Assembly (NCBI GenBank): GCA_951406725.2
Contig: OX597837.1
Location: forward strand, 34,720,001-34,784,000
DNA length: 64,000 nucleotides
From: Octopus vulgaris
Taxonomy: Eukaryota
Reading direction: 5' to 3'
The position numbers and the translations under genes are program-made. Shown one piece after another: positions 1 to 12,664 of this stretch (positions are counted from its first letter, which is position 1; each line of letters opens with the position of its first letter). The notes beneath the pieces were generated by a model that was given only the letters and a program-made list of their open reading frames with translations, was not told the DNA's origin and did no database searches.

Positions 1-567
1 ACTATTTCTAGCAAGTTGACTGGCCACGTAGAAGCTTCCTCTGTTGATGGCGGTAGTGGTGATGGTTGTGATGGTGGTGAGGGTGATGGCGATGGTGGTG
101 GTGAGGGTGATGGCAATGGTGGTGGTGATGAGATTGGAGGAAGACTAGGAAATGAAATAAATATGAAATGAAATCTAAAAGGAAGATGGGAAGAGAAGAA
201 GAAAGAGAGAGAGAGAGAGTGAGAGAGAGGGGGGAAGGTAGATGAGGTGTATGAAACATTGTGCGGAGATGAGGGGACGAGGTGGTTGCAACAAGAGATG
301 AGAGAGGAGCCGTTGGAACATTTAGAGGAGATGGTGGTGGTGAAAGGTGAGCTGCTCCAGAATAGATGGAAGATACAAAGGAAGATAACAATGACATTTG
401 ATTGGAGAACAAGCAGGAAACGGTGGGTGGGTGGGTGTTGAGGGGGACTGTTTCTGTTGTTGTTGTTATTGTTGTTGTTATTATTTGTCACATTTGTAAA
501 TATTCACTAAAAGATTAATCTTCTCACTATTATGATACATGTGTGCGTGTGTTTGTACGTACACATA

Positions 568-612
<45 letters not shown>

Positions 613-1399
613 ATATATATATATATATATATGGATACATATTGCCTATGTGTTATTGAGGTTAAATTCACACCTGTATGTGATGAAGAGGTGTATGTAT
701 ATATATATATATATATATATATCTTTAAATGTATCCATCTAGTCAACATCTACAGGGTGTGTGTGTGTATCTAATTCACATCTACAGGATGTTTACCTCA
801 ACATCTGCAGGTTGTGCTTATACAGCTTATAAAACTCTAGGCTGTGCTCATCCAATCCACATATATACAGGATGTGTCTATCAAGTCAACATCTACAGGG
901 CATGTATATGTGTATCCAATCAACCCCTGCAGAATGTATACATATTAATCAACATAGGCAAACTGTATTTGTTCCTTTCCAATTCATAAACTCTGTCTAC
1001 ACAATCAACATTTACACACCATACCTGTCGAACTAGTCCATATATAATCAATGCACCTGACAATCCAGCCCATATACACACACTGTATCTGTTTCACCAG
1101 ACTATAGCGATACACTGTACCTGTCTGTGCAGTCCATATATACTCGCTGCACCTGTCTACATCTACAGCATCTACACGTCATCTATCCAGTCAATATCTA
1201 CACACTACATCTTGCAAAACAACCAGCATCTATACAATCTGTCTGTTTAACCATTGAGCATATACACACCCTGTATATATCTGCCAGTCAACATGTATAC
1301 ACCGTCTGTCTATTCAGTCAACATTTATACACCATGTTCGTCTATCAACATCTACGTATAGCCTCTGTCCATCCAGTCAATATCTACACACCATTTCTC

Positions 1400-2042
1400 T
1401 GAGAACGTGGTTTTGACCCTTCTTTATCTATGGACCTTTTTGGTTCCTATTTTAGTCAAACGGCCCCTTATAGCCATTTGATGTTTAAAAATTTCCATTA
1501 CATTTTTATAATTAAATATTATTAGGAACTGTATAAAAAAAAGTCATTAAAAATAATTTTGTGTATTAGGGAATTATAACCTACTAGCAGTATCGCCCGG
1601 CATTGCTCGGGTTTGTAAGGGAAATAACTATGTAAGCATTTTTAGAGAGTTACTTCCCTTATATAATAGCGAAAAAAATGCATTAAAATGGAAAAGAATA
1701 ATGGTAACTTATTTTTAAAATCGTAGACTCATCGTAGTCACGGGCTAATACCCAGAAGGGCTCGATATGAATCACGACTATAAGATACCCGCTTTTGGTT
1801 AAACTGCACCGCAAAATGTGGGCGTAGTTAGGAATCTAAATCGTAGGAGACAGACACAACTTCCCTTTTATATATAAAGATATTATTAGGAACTGTATAA
1901 AACTGTATAAAAAAAGTAATTAAAAATAATTTTGTGTATTAGGGAATTATAACCAATTTACTCCGCATAAATTTTAACAATGAAATCTTATGTGGACCCA
2001 TACCAAGGGTCATAAGGACCCTGGTTGCAAAACAATGGTCTA
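1400..2042. mobile_element. Decayed hAT/Charlie-like MITE interrupted by Helitron copy 1
   Basis: Right end ggaccctggttgcaaaacaatggtcta resembles the cagtgNttctcaacc termini of hAT MITEs; left end degenerate. Confidence 0.35.
1584..1880 (-). mobile_element. Non-autonomous Helitron, copy 1
   Basis: Minus strand starts TCTTTATATATAAAAG and ends with a CCCGAGCAATGCCGGG hairpin then CTAG. Inserted between A and T; no TIR. Confidence 0.85.
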
Positions 2043-2072
2043 CACCCCATGTCAGGCTGTCATTGCAGTCAA

Positions 2073-2543
2073 CATCTTGTTTCAGCCATCTGACTGCAGA
2101 CATGCAAGAGCACTGCTTCAAAGGGTTTTTTAGTCAAAGAAATCGACCCCAGGACTTACTCTTTATAAACCTGGAAACTATTTTATCACTCATTTTTGCT
2201 GAACTGCTAAGCCACAGGGACGTTAACACACCAACATCGGTTGTCAAGTAATGATGGGGTGACAAATGCAGACACAAAGACACACACACACAAATATGTA
2301 CACACACACACACACATATATACACGCACACACATGTCCGACCTGTGCCACCATGGACAACAGATGTTAAATGATGATGATGATGGGCTTCTTTCAGTTT
2401 CTGTCGATCAAATCCACTCACAAGCTTTGGTCAGCCTGAGGCTATTGTAGAAGATACTTGCCCAAGGTGCCATGCAATGGGACTGAACCCAGAATCATGT
2501 GGCTGAGAATCAAGCTTCTTACCACACAGCCACTCCTGTGCCT
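2073..2543 (-). mobile_element. SINE family A (tRNA head + CORE-like CCTTGGGCAAGT + internal microsatellite + 3' body)
   Basis: Head AGGCACAGGAGTGGCTGTGTGGTAAG (A box) and GGTTCAGTCCC (B box); many near-identical copies in the window. Confidence 0.85.
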
Positions 2544-2738
2544 ATATATTATACATAAATAAATATATAATGAGCTATAATTACTATACTATGACTGGGC
2601 CAAGTTGCCATGCAGGTCAGCCATATCGTGAAACATTTAGTCTAGTCCCAGGCTGACCAAAGCCTTGTGAGTGGATTTAGTAGGCAGAAATTCAAAGAAG
2701 ACCTTTACAAGCGTATATACAGAAATATATATATGTAT

Positions 2739-3330
2739 ATCACCGTGATCGACCAGGCTATCAGATGTTGCTACACATCGCGGGTCACAATGCGCTTCGC
2801 ATTGTTTTAGCCTTCAAATGATGCCACCCCGCTGGCTAAGTGAGCAGGCCAACAGAAGAAAGAGTGAGAGAAAGTTGTGGCGAAAGAGTACAGCAGGGAT
2901 CTCCACCACTCCCTGCCGGAGCCTCATGGAGCTTTAGGTGGTTTCACTCAATAAACACTCACAGTGCCTGGTCCGGGAATCGAAACCGCGATCCTACAAC
3001 CGCGAGCCTGCTGCCCTAACCACTGGGCCAACAACAACACTGAACACCTTTTTGATCTCCATGTGTCTAACACACGTGGACATGCCTACAAAGTCAGAAA
3101 ACAACACAGCTCCCATGACTTTCGGAAACATTTTTTCACGCTCAGAGTTGCTGAAGCATGGAATAAACTGCCTGCGTCAGTTGTTGACTGCCATGACACT
3201 GCATCCTTTAAGGCCCTCATGCTTTCCGAAATCCGTCGAAACTACACCTGATTATACATACACTTTAGATGAGTTGTAGTGCACCTGAGCACTGTACACA
3301 ATTATTATTATTATTATTATTGCGCCTCCA
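2739..3330 (-). mobile_element. tRNA-derived SINE family E; head interrupted by a CR1 fragment
   Basis: Minus-strand head TGGAGGCGCA(A)|TGGCCCAGTGGTTAGGGCAG...GGTTTCGATTCCC. The first 10-11 nt lie at 3320-3330 and the rest at 2739-3030. Confidence 0.85.
3031..3320 (+). mobile_element. CR1-clade LINE 3' fragment
   Basis: TRGHAYKVRK...RKHFFTLRVAEAWNKLPASVV...SFK is a typical CR1 ORF2 C-terminus; short 3' UTR and (ATT)n tail. Confidence 0.9.
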
Positions 3331-3331
3331 C

Positions 3332-3370
<39 letters not shown>

Positions 3371-4240
3371 GTATATATCTGTGTATGCATGTGTGTGTGT
3401 ATGTATATGCATATGCATACCTGGATATCATCAAGCAATTATAATTAGTAAATTATGTTATATATTATGGGATGATATTTAACATTATCAATTGCAGTAA
3501 ATACAGTGTGTGTGTGGGGGTGGGGGGTGGGGGGTGGAAGGAACTTAAAAAAGAGCAGAAGCAATCAAAATTCATATCTGCATAAATTTATAGACAAGCA
3601 ATAGTTTTTTTTACGGAATAGTTTGAATCAGTTGCATCACACAGCATCGAAAGGCCGTCGCTGATTATGTAACAAATACATAACTGCAACAGTAGCAACT
3701 ACAACAATTTCTGCAACAATAACAACAACAAATGATTCAAGTCAATGATGATGCCTCTATGTGGTAACTCGACTTGCTAGAAATAGCAGTGAATAAAATT
3801 AATGATTGTAATCCCTTCATAATTTTTTTTTTTTTTTTTTTAATGAGAGATAACATTCAATGTTGTGCATGATGTGGGGGGGGGGTCTCTGAAAGATTTT
3901 AAATGGGATCGTCATATTTGGATTGCCTTCAACCATAGGTCTGCTCAAACGGGTGTGACCTGGAACCTGAACGACCACAACAAAAGCGATTGTGTATCTA
4001 GAATGATCCAGAAGAATGTAGAAATTACATCGAAGCATTCCCAACAGCCTAACAGCTGAGCAGGTGGAGGAAATCCTTAAGCGGCTGACCTGCCAGCTAG
4101 AAATAGCAGCCAAATCTATCTCTCTGAAGTTACACCCTACCATTTAAAAAAAAAACAAAAAATAAACACATTGGTTTAAAAAATTCCATGATTCCTCAAT
4201 TCCACCAAAACTACTCTTAACATGTCTCTCTCCTAGTTCA

Positions 4241-4666
4241 TACTCTTTACTCTTTTTACTCTTTTACTCGTTTCAGTCATTTGACTGCGGCCATGCTGGA
4301 GCACCGCCTTTAGTCGAGCAACTCGACCCCGGGACTCATTCTTTGTAAGTCCAGTACTTATTCTATCGGTCTGTTTTGCCGAACCGCTAAGTGACGGGGA
4401 CGTAAACACACCAGCATCGGTTGTCAAGCAATGCTAGGGGGACAAACACAGATACACAAACACACACACGCATATATATATATATATATATATACATATA
4501 TACAACGGGCTTCTTTCAGTTTCTGTCGACCAAATCCACTCACAAGGCATTGGTCGGCCCGAGGCTATAGTAGAAGACACTTGCCCAAGGTGCCACGCAG
4601 TGGGACTGAACCCGGAACCATGTGGTTGGTAAGCAAGCTACTTACCACACAGCCACTCCTGCACCT
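4241..4666 (-). mobile_element. SINE family A, young full-length copy
   Basis: Complete head to (GTAAAAGA)n tail; nearly identical to 33441-33849. Confidence 0.9.
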
Positions 4667-4863
4667 CATCTTTGTCATTCTTTTACTCTTCATATTTATC
4701 TTTGGTACTCTGCACGTACTTCAGGGGATCATGGCTGTACTTTCTGTACTTCACTTATTGCTTCTTTCTGACCCCTCTTTTAGCCTTTTCTGACATGCTG
4801 TACAAGTGACCATTGTATGCAATATGCTCTAACCCTAACCCTAACATAAGCATGTGTGTGTGT

Positions 4864-4995
4864 GTTGTAAGAAGCTTGTTTCCCAACCACATGATTCTGG
4901 GTTCAGTCCCACTGTGGCACCTTGGGCAAGTGTCTTCTACTATAGCCTCAAACCAACCAAAGCCTTGTGAGTGGATTTGGTATATGGAAAGAAGT

Positions 4996-5053
<58 letters not shown>

Positions 5054-5122
5054 AATATATATAAATGTGTGTGAGTGTGTGTGTATATATATATATACAC
5101 ACACACACACACATTATATATA

Positions 5123-5177
<55 letters not shown>

Positions 5178-5222
5178 TTATATATGTATATATACCTTTA
5201 TATATATATATATATACCTTTA

Positions 5223-5285
<63 letters not shown>

Positions 5286-5545
5286 GTATATATAAATGTT
5301 TATATATATGTGTGTGTGTGTGTGTCTTTGTGTCAGTGTTTGTCTCCCCATCCCTGCTTAACAACCGGTGTTGGTGTGTTTATGTTCCCGTAACCTAGTG
5401 GTTCGGCAAAAAAGACCAACAGAATAAGTACTAGGCTGAAAATACAATAAGTCCTGTGGTCAATTTGTTCAACGAAATAAACCCTTCAAGGCAGTGCTCC
5501 AGCATGGCCACAGTCAAATGACTGAAACAAGTAAAAGAATAAAAG

Positions 5546-5548
<3 letters not shown>
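4864..5548 (+). mobile_element. SINE family A with expanded internal (TA)n
   Basis: Head/CORE at 4864-5000, ~330 bp TA/TG array, 3' body ending gtaaaagaataaaagaa. Confidence 0.85.
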
Positions 5549-5587
<39 letters not shown>

Positions 5588-5718
5588 AGAGTAAACACAT
5601 AAATGTGAAACAAGGTGGAAAAAAAGAGTACTCGAATACCAGTGGTAGAGTAATATGCTTTATTTAAAGCAGCAGAAAATTCAACAAATTTGTTGAATTT
5701 TCTGCTGCTTTAAATAAA

Positions 5719-5765
<47 letters not shown>

Positions 5766-5972
5766 GATAGGGTTATAATCCAAGCTGTGTCCTCACGATG
5801 ACATCTACATATTCTAGTTTGCCAAGAGCGTATGTAGATGTATGTATTATTTGATTTACTGTCAGAAGAATTTCTAATAGGAGACATCTTACATGTTTTT
5901 TCTATTTGTACAATTTTGTAAGTTCTGTTACCAAATTCTTTCCTATCTCCTGTTTTGATATAATATATATAA

Positions 5973-6147
5973 TCATCATCATCATCATTTAACGTCCGCT
6001 TTCCATGCTGGTATGGGTTGGACAGTTCAACTGGGGTCTGGGAAGCCAGAAGGCTGCGCCAGGCCCAGTCTGATCTGGCAGTGTTTCTACACCTGCATGC
6101 CCTTCCTAACGCCAATCACTCCGTGAGTGTAGTGGGTGCTTTTTACG

Positions 6148-6151
<4 letters not shown>
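5973..6151 (-). mobile_element. SINE family C (RTE-type 3' tail ending CGGACGTTAAA(TGA)n)
   Basis: Conserved GGTTGGCGTTAGGAAGGGCATCCAGCTGTAGAAAC core and (GAT)n tail. Confidence 0.8.
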
Positions 6152-6209
<58 letters not shown>

Positions 6210-6916
6210 GGGGAGAGAGAGAGAGAGACAGGTGAGGAAACAACAAACCAGGTGTATCATTTTGATGCTCAGGGAAAATGGAAGAAGCCTTTGATGTTTT
6301 GAGTCTATGTTCTACAGAAAGGACCGAGGATAGAAAATACACACACACACACACACATTCATTTGCATAATGACCAAATATAGATGATATAGTCATGGCA
6401 GGAACATCTTTGATCAGATCATGTGGCTAGCAAGTCGTAGATATCCTGGGGGGTAAACAACAACACATCTTTCAACTTTGCACCCTTAAGTTAATAAAGG
6501 AACCCATATACAGGGTCGTTTGGACCTGCTGGATATCGCATCTTAAAAAAGAAGAATGAAACATTGAGTAATGTAGGGCTACACACATAATGTGTGTGTA
6601 TGTGTGTGTATGTGTGTATGTATGTGTGTGTGCGTGTGTATGTCTGTGTGTGTGTATGTGTATGTGTGTGTATGTGTGTGTGTGTGTGTATGTGTGTGTG
6701 CGTGTATGTGTGTGTGTGTCACTTTATTGCCCATTTTTCCATGTTTGCATGGGTTGGATGGAGTTTAATGAGTAGTTTTTCTACAGCCAGATACCCTTCG
6801 TGTTGTCAATCCTCATCTGTCTCTCAGCAAGGTAATATTTCCCCATAGCCAGACATGAATGACAAGGTATCTATAATAATGGCACTCACCCACAACTATC
6901 ATATGACTTGAAGACA

Positions 6917-7200
6917 TGCAAATATATGGGAAATTACCACCTGTATCATCTCTTGTGAAAGGTAGGAGAGTCCAGTTTGCTGGACATTGTTGTAGAGCTG
7001 AAAAAGAGGTAATCTCTACTCTCCTCCTCTGGAAGCCATCTACTCACAGTACCAGAGGGCGCACACTCTCCTACCCTGATGTAATATCCAGGGATACAGG
7101 CATCCAGCAACAGGACCTCCGTAAAGCTATGATGGACCGTGAAGTCTGGCGTAGCATGGTAAATTCCATTGTCTCGACCACGGTCGAACAATGATGATGA
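6917..7200 (+). mobile_element. RTE/RTEX-like LINE 3' fragment
   Basis: IYGKLPPVS..RRVQFAGHCCR..LLLWKP..RGR..AMMDREVWR*, (TGA)n tail, probable TSD TGAAGACA (6909-6916 / 7201-7208). Confidence 0.85.
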
Positions 7201-7383
7201 TGAAGACAAGAAAACACACACACACACAATAGATTTCTTTCAGTTTCCATCTATCAAATCTACTCATAAGGCTTTGGTTGACCTGGGGCTATAGAAGATA
7301 TATGCCCAAGGTGCTATGTAGTGGGACTGAACCTAAGACCACATGGTTGGGAGCAAACTTCTTAACCACACAACCATGCTTTA

Positions 7384-7423
<40 letters not shown>

Positions 7424-7723
7424 CATGTATGTATATGGATAGATAGATGTAAAAAAAGATCATAAGGCCAGTTTCCTGGATTCTGTGGCATATATATGCC
7501 AGTCCACTGCAGAGTTACTTATTTTTGCTAGCTGAGTAGACTGGAGAAACAGGAAATGATGTATTTTTCTCAAAAACACAACACAGCTCCCAATCCAGAA
7601 GGTAACATCACAATTTTACGATTGTAAGTGCAACACCAGAACCACTAAGCTGTGCAGATGGACAGATGACAACAAGGACATATGGACAGATGAACAGACA
7701 GATTGATATAGAGTTGGCTACCT

Positions 7724-8190
7724 ATCATCATCATCATCATTTAACACCTGTGTTCCATGCTAGCATGGGTGGGACGATACCATAAGAGCCAGCCAGGCCA
7801 AAGCCTGCACTGGACTACTGTGACTGTTTAGGGAGGATTTTTACAGCTGGATGCCCTTCCTAACACCAACCACTCAGCAGAGTGGACTTAGTGCTTTTTA
7901 CGTGGCACAAGCACAGACGAGGTCAGTCTTGGCAAGGTTTTTACAGCTGGATGCCCTTCCTAACACCAACCACTCAGCAGAGTGGACTTAGTGCTTTTTA
8001 CGTGGCAGAAGCACAGGCGAGGTCAGTTTTGGCAAGGTTTTTACAGCTGGAAGCCCTTCCTAACACCAACCACTCAGCAGAGTGGACTTAGTGCTTTTTA
8101 CGTGGCAGAAGCACAGGCGAGGTCAGTTTTGGCAAGGTTTTTACAGCTGGATGCCCTTCCTAACACCAACTGCTTTACAGTGTGGATTAG
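7724..8190 (-). mobile_element. SINE family C with a 100-bp internal segment repeated ~3.3 times
   Basis: ttacagctgga recurs at 7841, 7941, 8041 and 8141. Confidence 0.85.
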
Positions 8191-8197
8191 GTAATAG

Positions 8198-8242
<45 letters not shown>

Positions 8243-8307
8243 CATAGCTATGATATTAAGAACTTTGCAATGACAAAGTATTAAACTAAAGCTCATTATT
8301 ATTATTA

Positions 8308-8707
8308 AAGGTGGCAAGCTGGCAGAATCGTTAGTGCCCCAGGCGAAATACTTAGCAGTATTTCATCTGCTGCTATGTTCTGAGTTCAAACTCCGCCAAG
8401 GTTGACTTTGCCTTTTATCCTTTCAGGGTCGATAAATTAAGTACCAGTCAAGTACTGGGGTCAATGTGATTGACTATTGCCCCACCTCAAATTCCAGATC
8501 TTGTACTTATAGTAGAAATTATTATCATTATTATTATTATTATTATTAAAACAGAGAGCTGGCAGAATCCTTAGCATGTTGGACAAAATGCTTAATGGCA
8601 TTTCACGTGTCTATATGTTCCAAGTTCAAATTCTGCCAAAGTTGACAGATGAAATGCCACGAAGAATTTTGCCTGGCTTGCTAACAGTTTTGCCAACTCA
8701 CTGTCCT

Positions 8708-8743
<36 letters not shown>

Positions 8744-8957
8744 CCTTTCTATTATAGGCACAAGGCCTGGAATTTTGGGGGAGGGGGCCAGTCAATTAGA
8801 TTGACCCCAGTATGCAACTAGTACTTAATTTATTGACCCCCTAAAGGATGAAAGGTAAAGTCAACCTCGGTGGAATTTGAACTCAGAACGTAGTGATGGG
8901 TGAAATACCACTAAGCATTTCGTCCAGCATGCTAATGATTCTGCCAGCTCACCACCA

Positions 8958-9004
<47 letters not shown>

Positions 9005-9222
9005 TGATAATAATACTCTCTACTATAGGTACAAGACCTGAAATTTAGGGGAAGGAACTAGTCGATTACACCAACCCCACTCCATAACTGGTATTTATTT
9101 CGACCCCAAAAGGATTAAATGTAAGGTAGATGTCAGCAGAATTTGAACTCTGAACCTAAGGACGAATGAAATGCCACTAAGCATCCTGTCCAGCGTGCTA
9201 ACTATTCTGCCAGCTCACCGTC
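8308..9222. mobile_element. Cluster of five SINE family B copies/fragments (+,+,-,-,-) separated by (AAT)n/(ATT)n
   Basis: Family B = GGCGAGCTGGCAGAA head, GAGTTCAAATTC B-box-like motif, central GACTTTGCCTTTCATCCTTTCGGGGTCGATAAA..GTACCAG domain. Confidence 0.85.
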
Positions 9223-9223
9223 A

Positions 9224-9227
9224 ATAA

Positions 9228-9265
<38 letters not shown>

Positions 9266-9487
9266 ATAATAATAATAATAATAATAATGATAATAATGAT
9301 GATAATAATGATAATAATGATGATGATAATAATGATGATAATAATAATAATAATAATAATGATGATAATAATAATGATAATAATGATAATAATAATAATG
9401 ATAATAATGATGATAATAATGATGATAATAATAATAATAATAATAATGATAATAATAATAATGATAATAATGATGATAATAATGATG

Positions 9488-9524
<37 letters not shown>

Positions 9525-9790
9525 TAATAATGATGATGATAATAATGATGATAATAATAATAATGATAATAATAATGATAATAATGATAATAATAATAAT
9601 GATAATGATGATAATAATGATGATAATAATAATAATAATAATAATGATAATAATAATAATGATAATAATGATGATAATAATGATGATAATAATAATAATA
9701 ATAATAATAATGATAATAATGATAATAATAATAATGATAATAATGATGATAATAATAATAATAATAATAATATTGATAATAATAACAACA
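9224..9790. repeat. (AGT)n + mixed (AAT/GAT)n microsatellite
   Basis: Direct inspection. Confidence 0.97.
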
Positions 9791-10391
9791 GCAATGCCAA
9801 TGATGGTGATAAAATTAATAGCAATAATAAAGTTAATAATAATATTTAGTTTATTAGTAGCAAAGGTTGACTAAAAGACCGAGGAGGCTAGCGCGGGACG
9901 GTATAGTTTGGGATTACGTAACAGCAACAGTGTCTAGAACAAAAGAAACAACCAGAATGGAAGTCTTGTGTACACACATGCACACACATACACACAGACG
10001 TACACACACATTGCTCCATCGGCGATGACATCACCATCACAACAAGAACATCATGAACAAATGTGACAACTATTCCCCACCACCACCACCACCACCGCCG
10101 CCGCCACCACCTAACCATCACAAGCAATAGAAGCCTGAAAGTATTTGTTCAACCTGTGCGAAACGGTAGCCAATTAGTCCCTCCTCAAAGCACGCTCTAT
10201 TGTCTACATTAGACGATGATGTAATCAATCCTAAGTGCAGTAAAATAGATGGGGAGGTCATGGATAGAATGCCATTCTATCACAGGCCCGCTCGATTAGG
10301 ATATACCTGGAGTTGAACAACATCATTAACAATACAAGACAAAGAAACATTGTTGAAGTTAGGGGAAGTGTATGTATATGTGTGTATATAA

Positions 10392-10479
<88 letters not shown>

Positions 10480-10490
10480 GTGTGTGTGTG

Positions 10491-10547
<57 letters not shown>

Positions 10548-10726
10548 GTTCATTTAATGTGTTTTCCATGCTGGCATAGTTTGTTTATACATACATAAAC
10601 ATATATATATATATAAGCATGTCTGTGTTTATATGTGTGTGTGTATATGTGTAGATATATATATATGCATGTGTTTTATATATATATATATATACACACA
10701 TATATATGCATGTGTATGTGTGTGAG

Positions 10727-10762
<36 letters not shown>

Positions 10763-10785
10763 TATACAAATGAAAAGGTAATTAC

Positions 10786-11048
10786 CGACATCCTTGATTC
10801 GGTTCTGTTTGAAAACGGCATTGATTCTTAGGAGAACAGCGAGCATTGTTGATGAGGAGACCAATAACAACAATAACACAGCCAGCCGTTTCCAGCAGTC
10901 GCAGCTACAGACGGCTGCAGACAGACATATGTGCACGGAACAGAGCTGTGCTGTGCATCAGCAGCCACTGAAGCAAGTCGAACCCCTGAGAGCTGGCAGT
11001 TCGATACCGTTTGGCATGTGACCAGATGCAAAGTGAAAAGTTAATATC
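10786..11048. other. Unique GC-rich exon-like island (strand and coding status unresolved)
   Basis: Non-repetitive block between microsatellites. Minus-strand donor GTCG|gtaatt at 10786; plus-strand acceptor attcttag at ~10829 opens RTASIVDEET...PFGM*. Confidence 0.35.
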
Positions 11049-11139
11049 TTTGGATGGAGAGAGAGAGAGAGAGGAATGTATGGTTATGTGCATGTATGTA
11101 TACCCGGGTGTGTGTGCTTGCATATAGAGATATACATAC

Positions 11140-11156
11140 ATATATACACAGACATG

Positions 11157-11190
<34 letters not shown>

Positions 11191-11566
11191 CATATATTTA
11201 TATACCCATATTCATAAAAACAAACACACGCATGCATATATATATACATACATATGCACACATACATGCACACACACATATATATACATATATTTATACA
11301 CACACATATATACCCGTATTCATAAAAACAAGCACACGCATGCATATATATATATACATACATATGCACACATACATGCACACACACATATATATACATA
11401 TATTTATACACACACATATATACCTGTATTCATAAAAACAAACACACGCATGCATATATATATATACATACATATGCACACATACATGCACACACACACA
11501 CATATATATATACATATATTTATACACACATATATATACCCGTATTCATAAAAACAAACACACGCA

Positions 11567-11608
<42 letters not shown>

Positions 11609-11760
11609 CATATGCACACATACATGCACACACACACACACATATATACATATATTTATACACACACATATATACCCGTATTCATAAAAACAAACACACG
11701 CATGCATATATATATATATACATACATATGCACACATACATATATATATATGCATACATA
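11140..11760. repeat. ~110-135 bp composite tandem repeat, 5 units
   Basis: tacccgtattcataaaaacaaacacacgcatgc recurs at ~11203, 11311, 11421, 11537 and 11673. Confidence 0.9.
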
Positions 11761-11920
11761 CACACACACACATAAATACACACACATGTATATACACACA
11801 CACATACATACACACACCACATGTATGTGGGATATATGTGTAAACTAATGTAATTATGTGTGTGTGTGTGTATATGTGTGTGCATGTGTAATGTATGCAA
11901 GTAGATGCACAAGTTTTACT

Positions 11921-11956
<36 letters not shown>

Positions 11957-12664
11957 TGTGTGTGTGTGTATGCATTCGTGAATGTGTATTGGACAGCATC
12001 AGCCACATCTTATACATGTGTGTGTACATGACTTATATAATTCATATAATTATGTAAGAGAGAGTGTGTGTGTGTGTGTGTGTATGTGTCTCTGAGTGCA
12101 TGTGTGTGTCTGCGCAGGCATGCGTTTGGTACCTGATACTTTTGATCTGAGGAATGTGTTGACAGATCTCTGTCAGTGTGCACGGATGCATGCACATGCA
12201 TGCATGCACATGCATGCATGCACATGCATGCATGCATATATTTTCCCTCTCTCTTTCTCTCTCTATCTTTCTTCCCTCCTCCTCTCGCTCCTCCTTCCCT
12301 CTTGGCTTCACAATCATGTATCGGGAAATATACAATGCTGTGTACCTTTTAACTCTAGAATATTCATCATCATCATCATCATCATCGTCATCATCGTCTT
12401 CATCTTATTTTCATCTTCACCATTATTGCCTTTATCTTCTTTGTCATCATTGTCATCATCATCATCTCCATCATCATTACCATTGTCATCATCATTATCA
12501 ACATCATCATCATATATAATCCGACACAGTCACTTATCATTGTCATCATCTCCGTCTTCATACTCAATCTCTTCATCATCATCATCACTACCTGCAACGC
12601 CCCAACCTCTTACTCTGCCTCCTCCTCTTCTTCATTGTCACCATCAACAATGACCACCAGCACC

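Noticed and set aside
4431-4793. Recurrent ORFs such as MLGGQTQ.../RHLPKVPRSGTEPGTMWL
   Set aside because: Chance frames within SINE family A copies, not a gene family.
4829-4845. Telomere or interstitial telomere (ctaaccctaaccctaac; also ~48755 and ~56290)
   Set aside because: Only 2-3 units; no evidence of a chromosome end or fusion.
9198-9874. Poly-Leu/Ser and poly-Ile/Met ORFs of ~200 aa
   Set aside because: Products of the (AAT/GAT)n microsatellite.
10958-10960. Selenocysteine reading of the in-frame TGA in GC*C
   Set aside because: No recognisable selenoprotein similarity or SECIS element; a single stop in a short frame is expected by chance.
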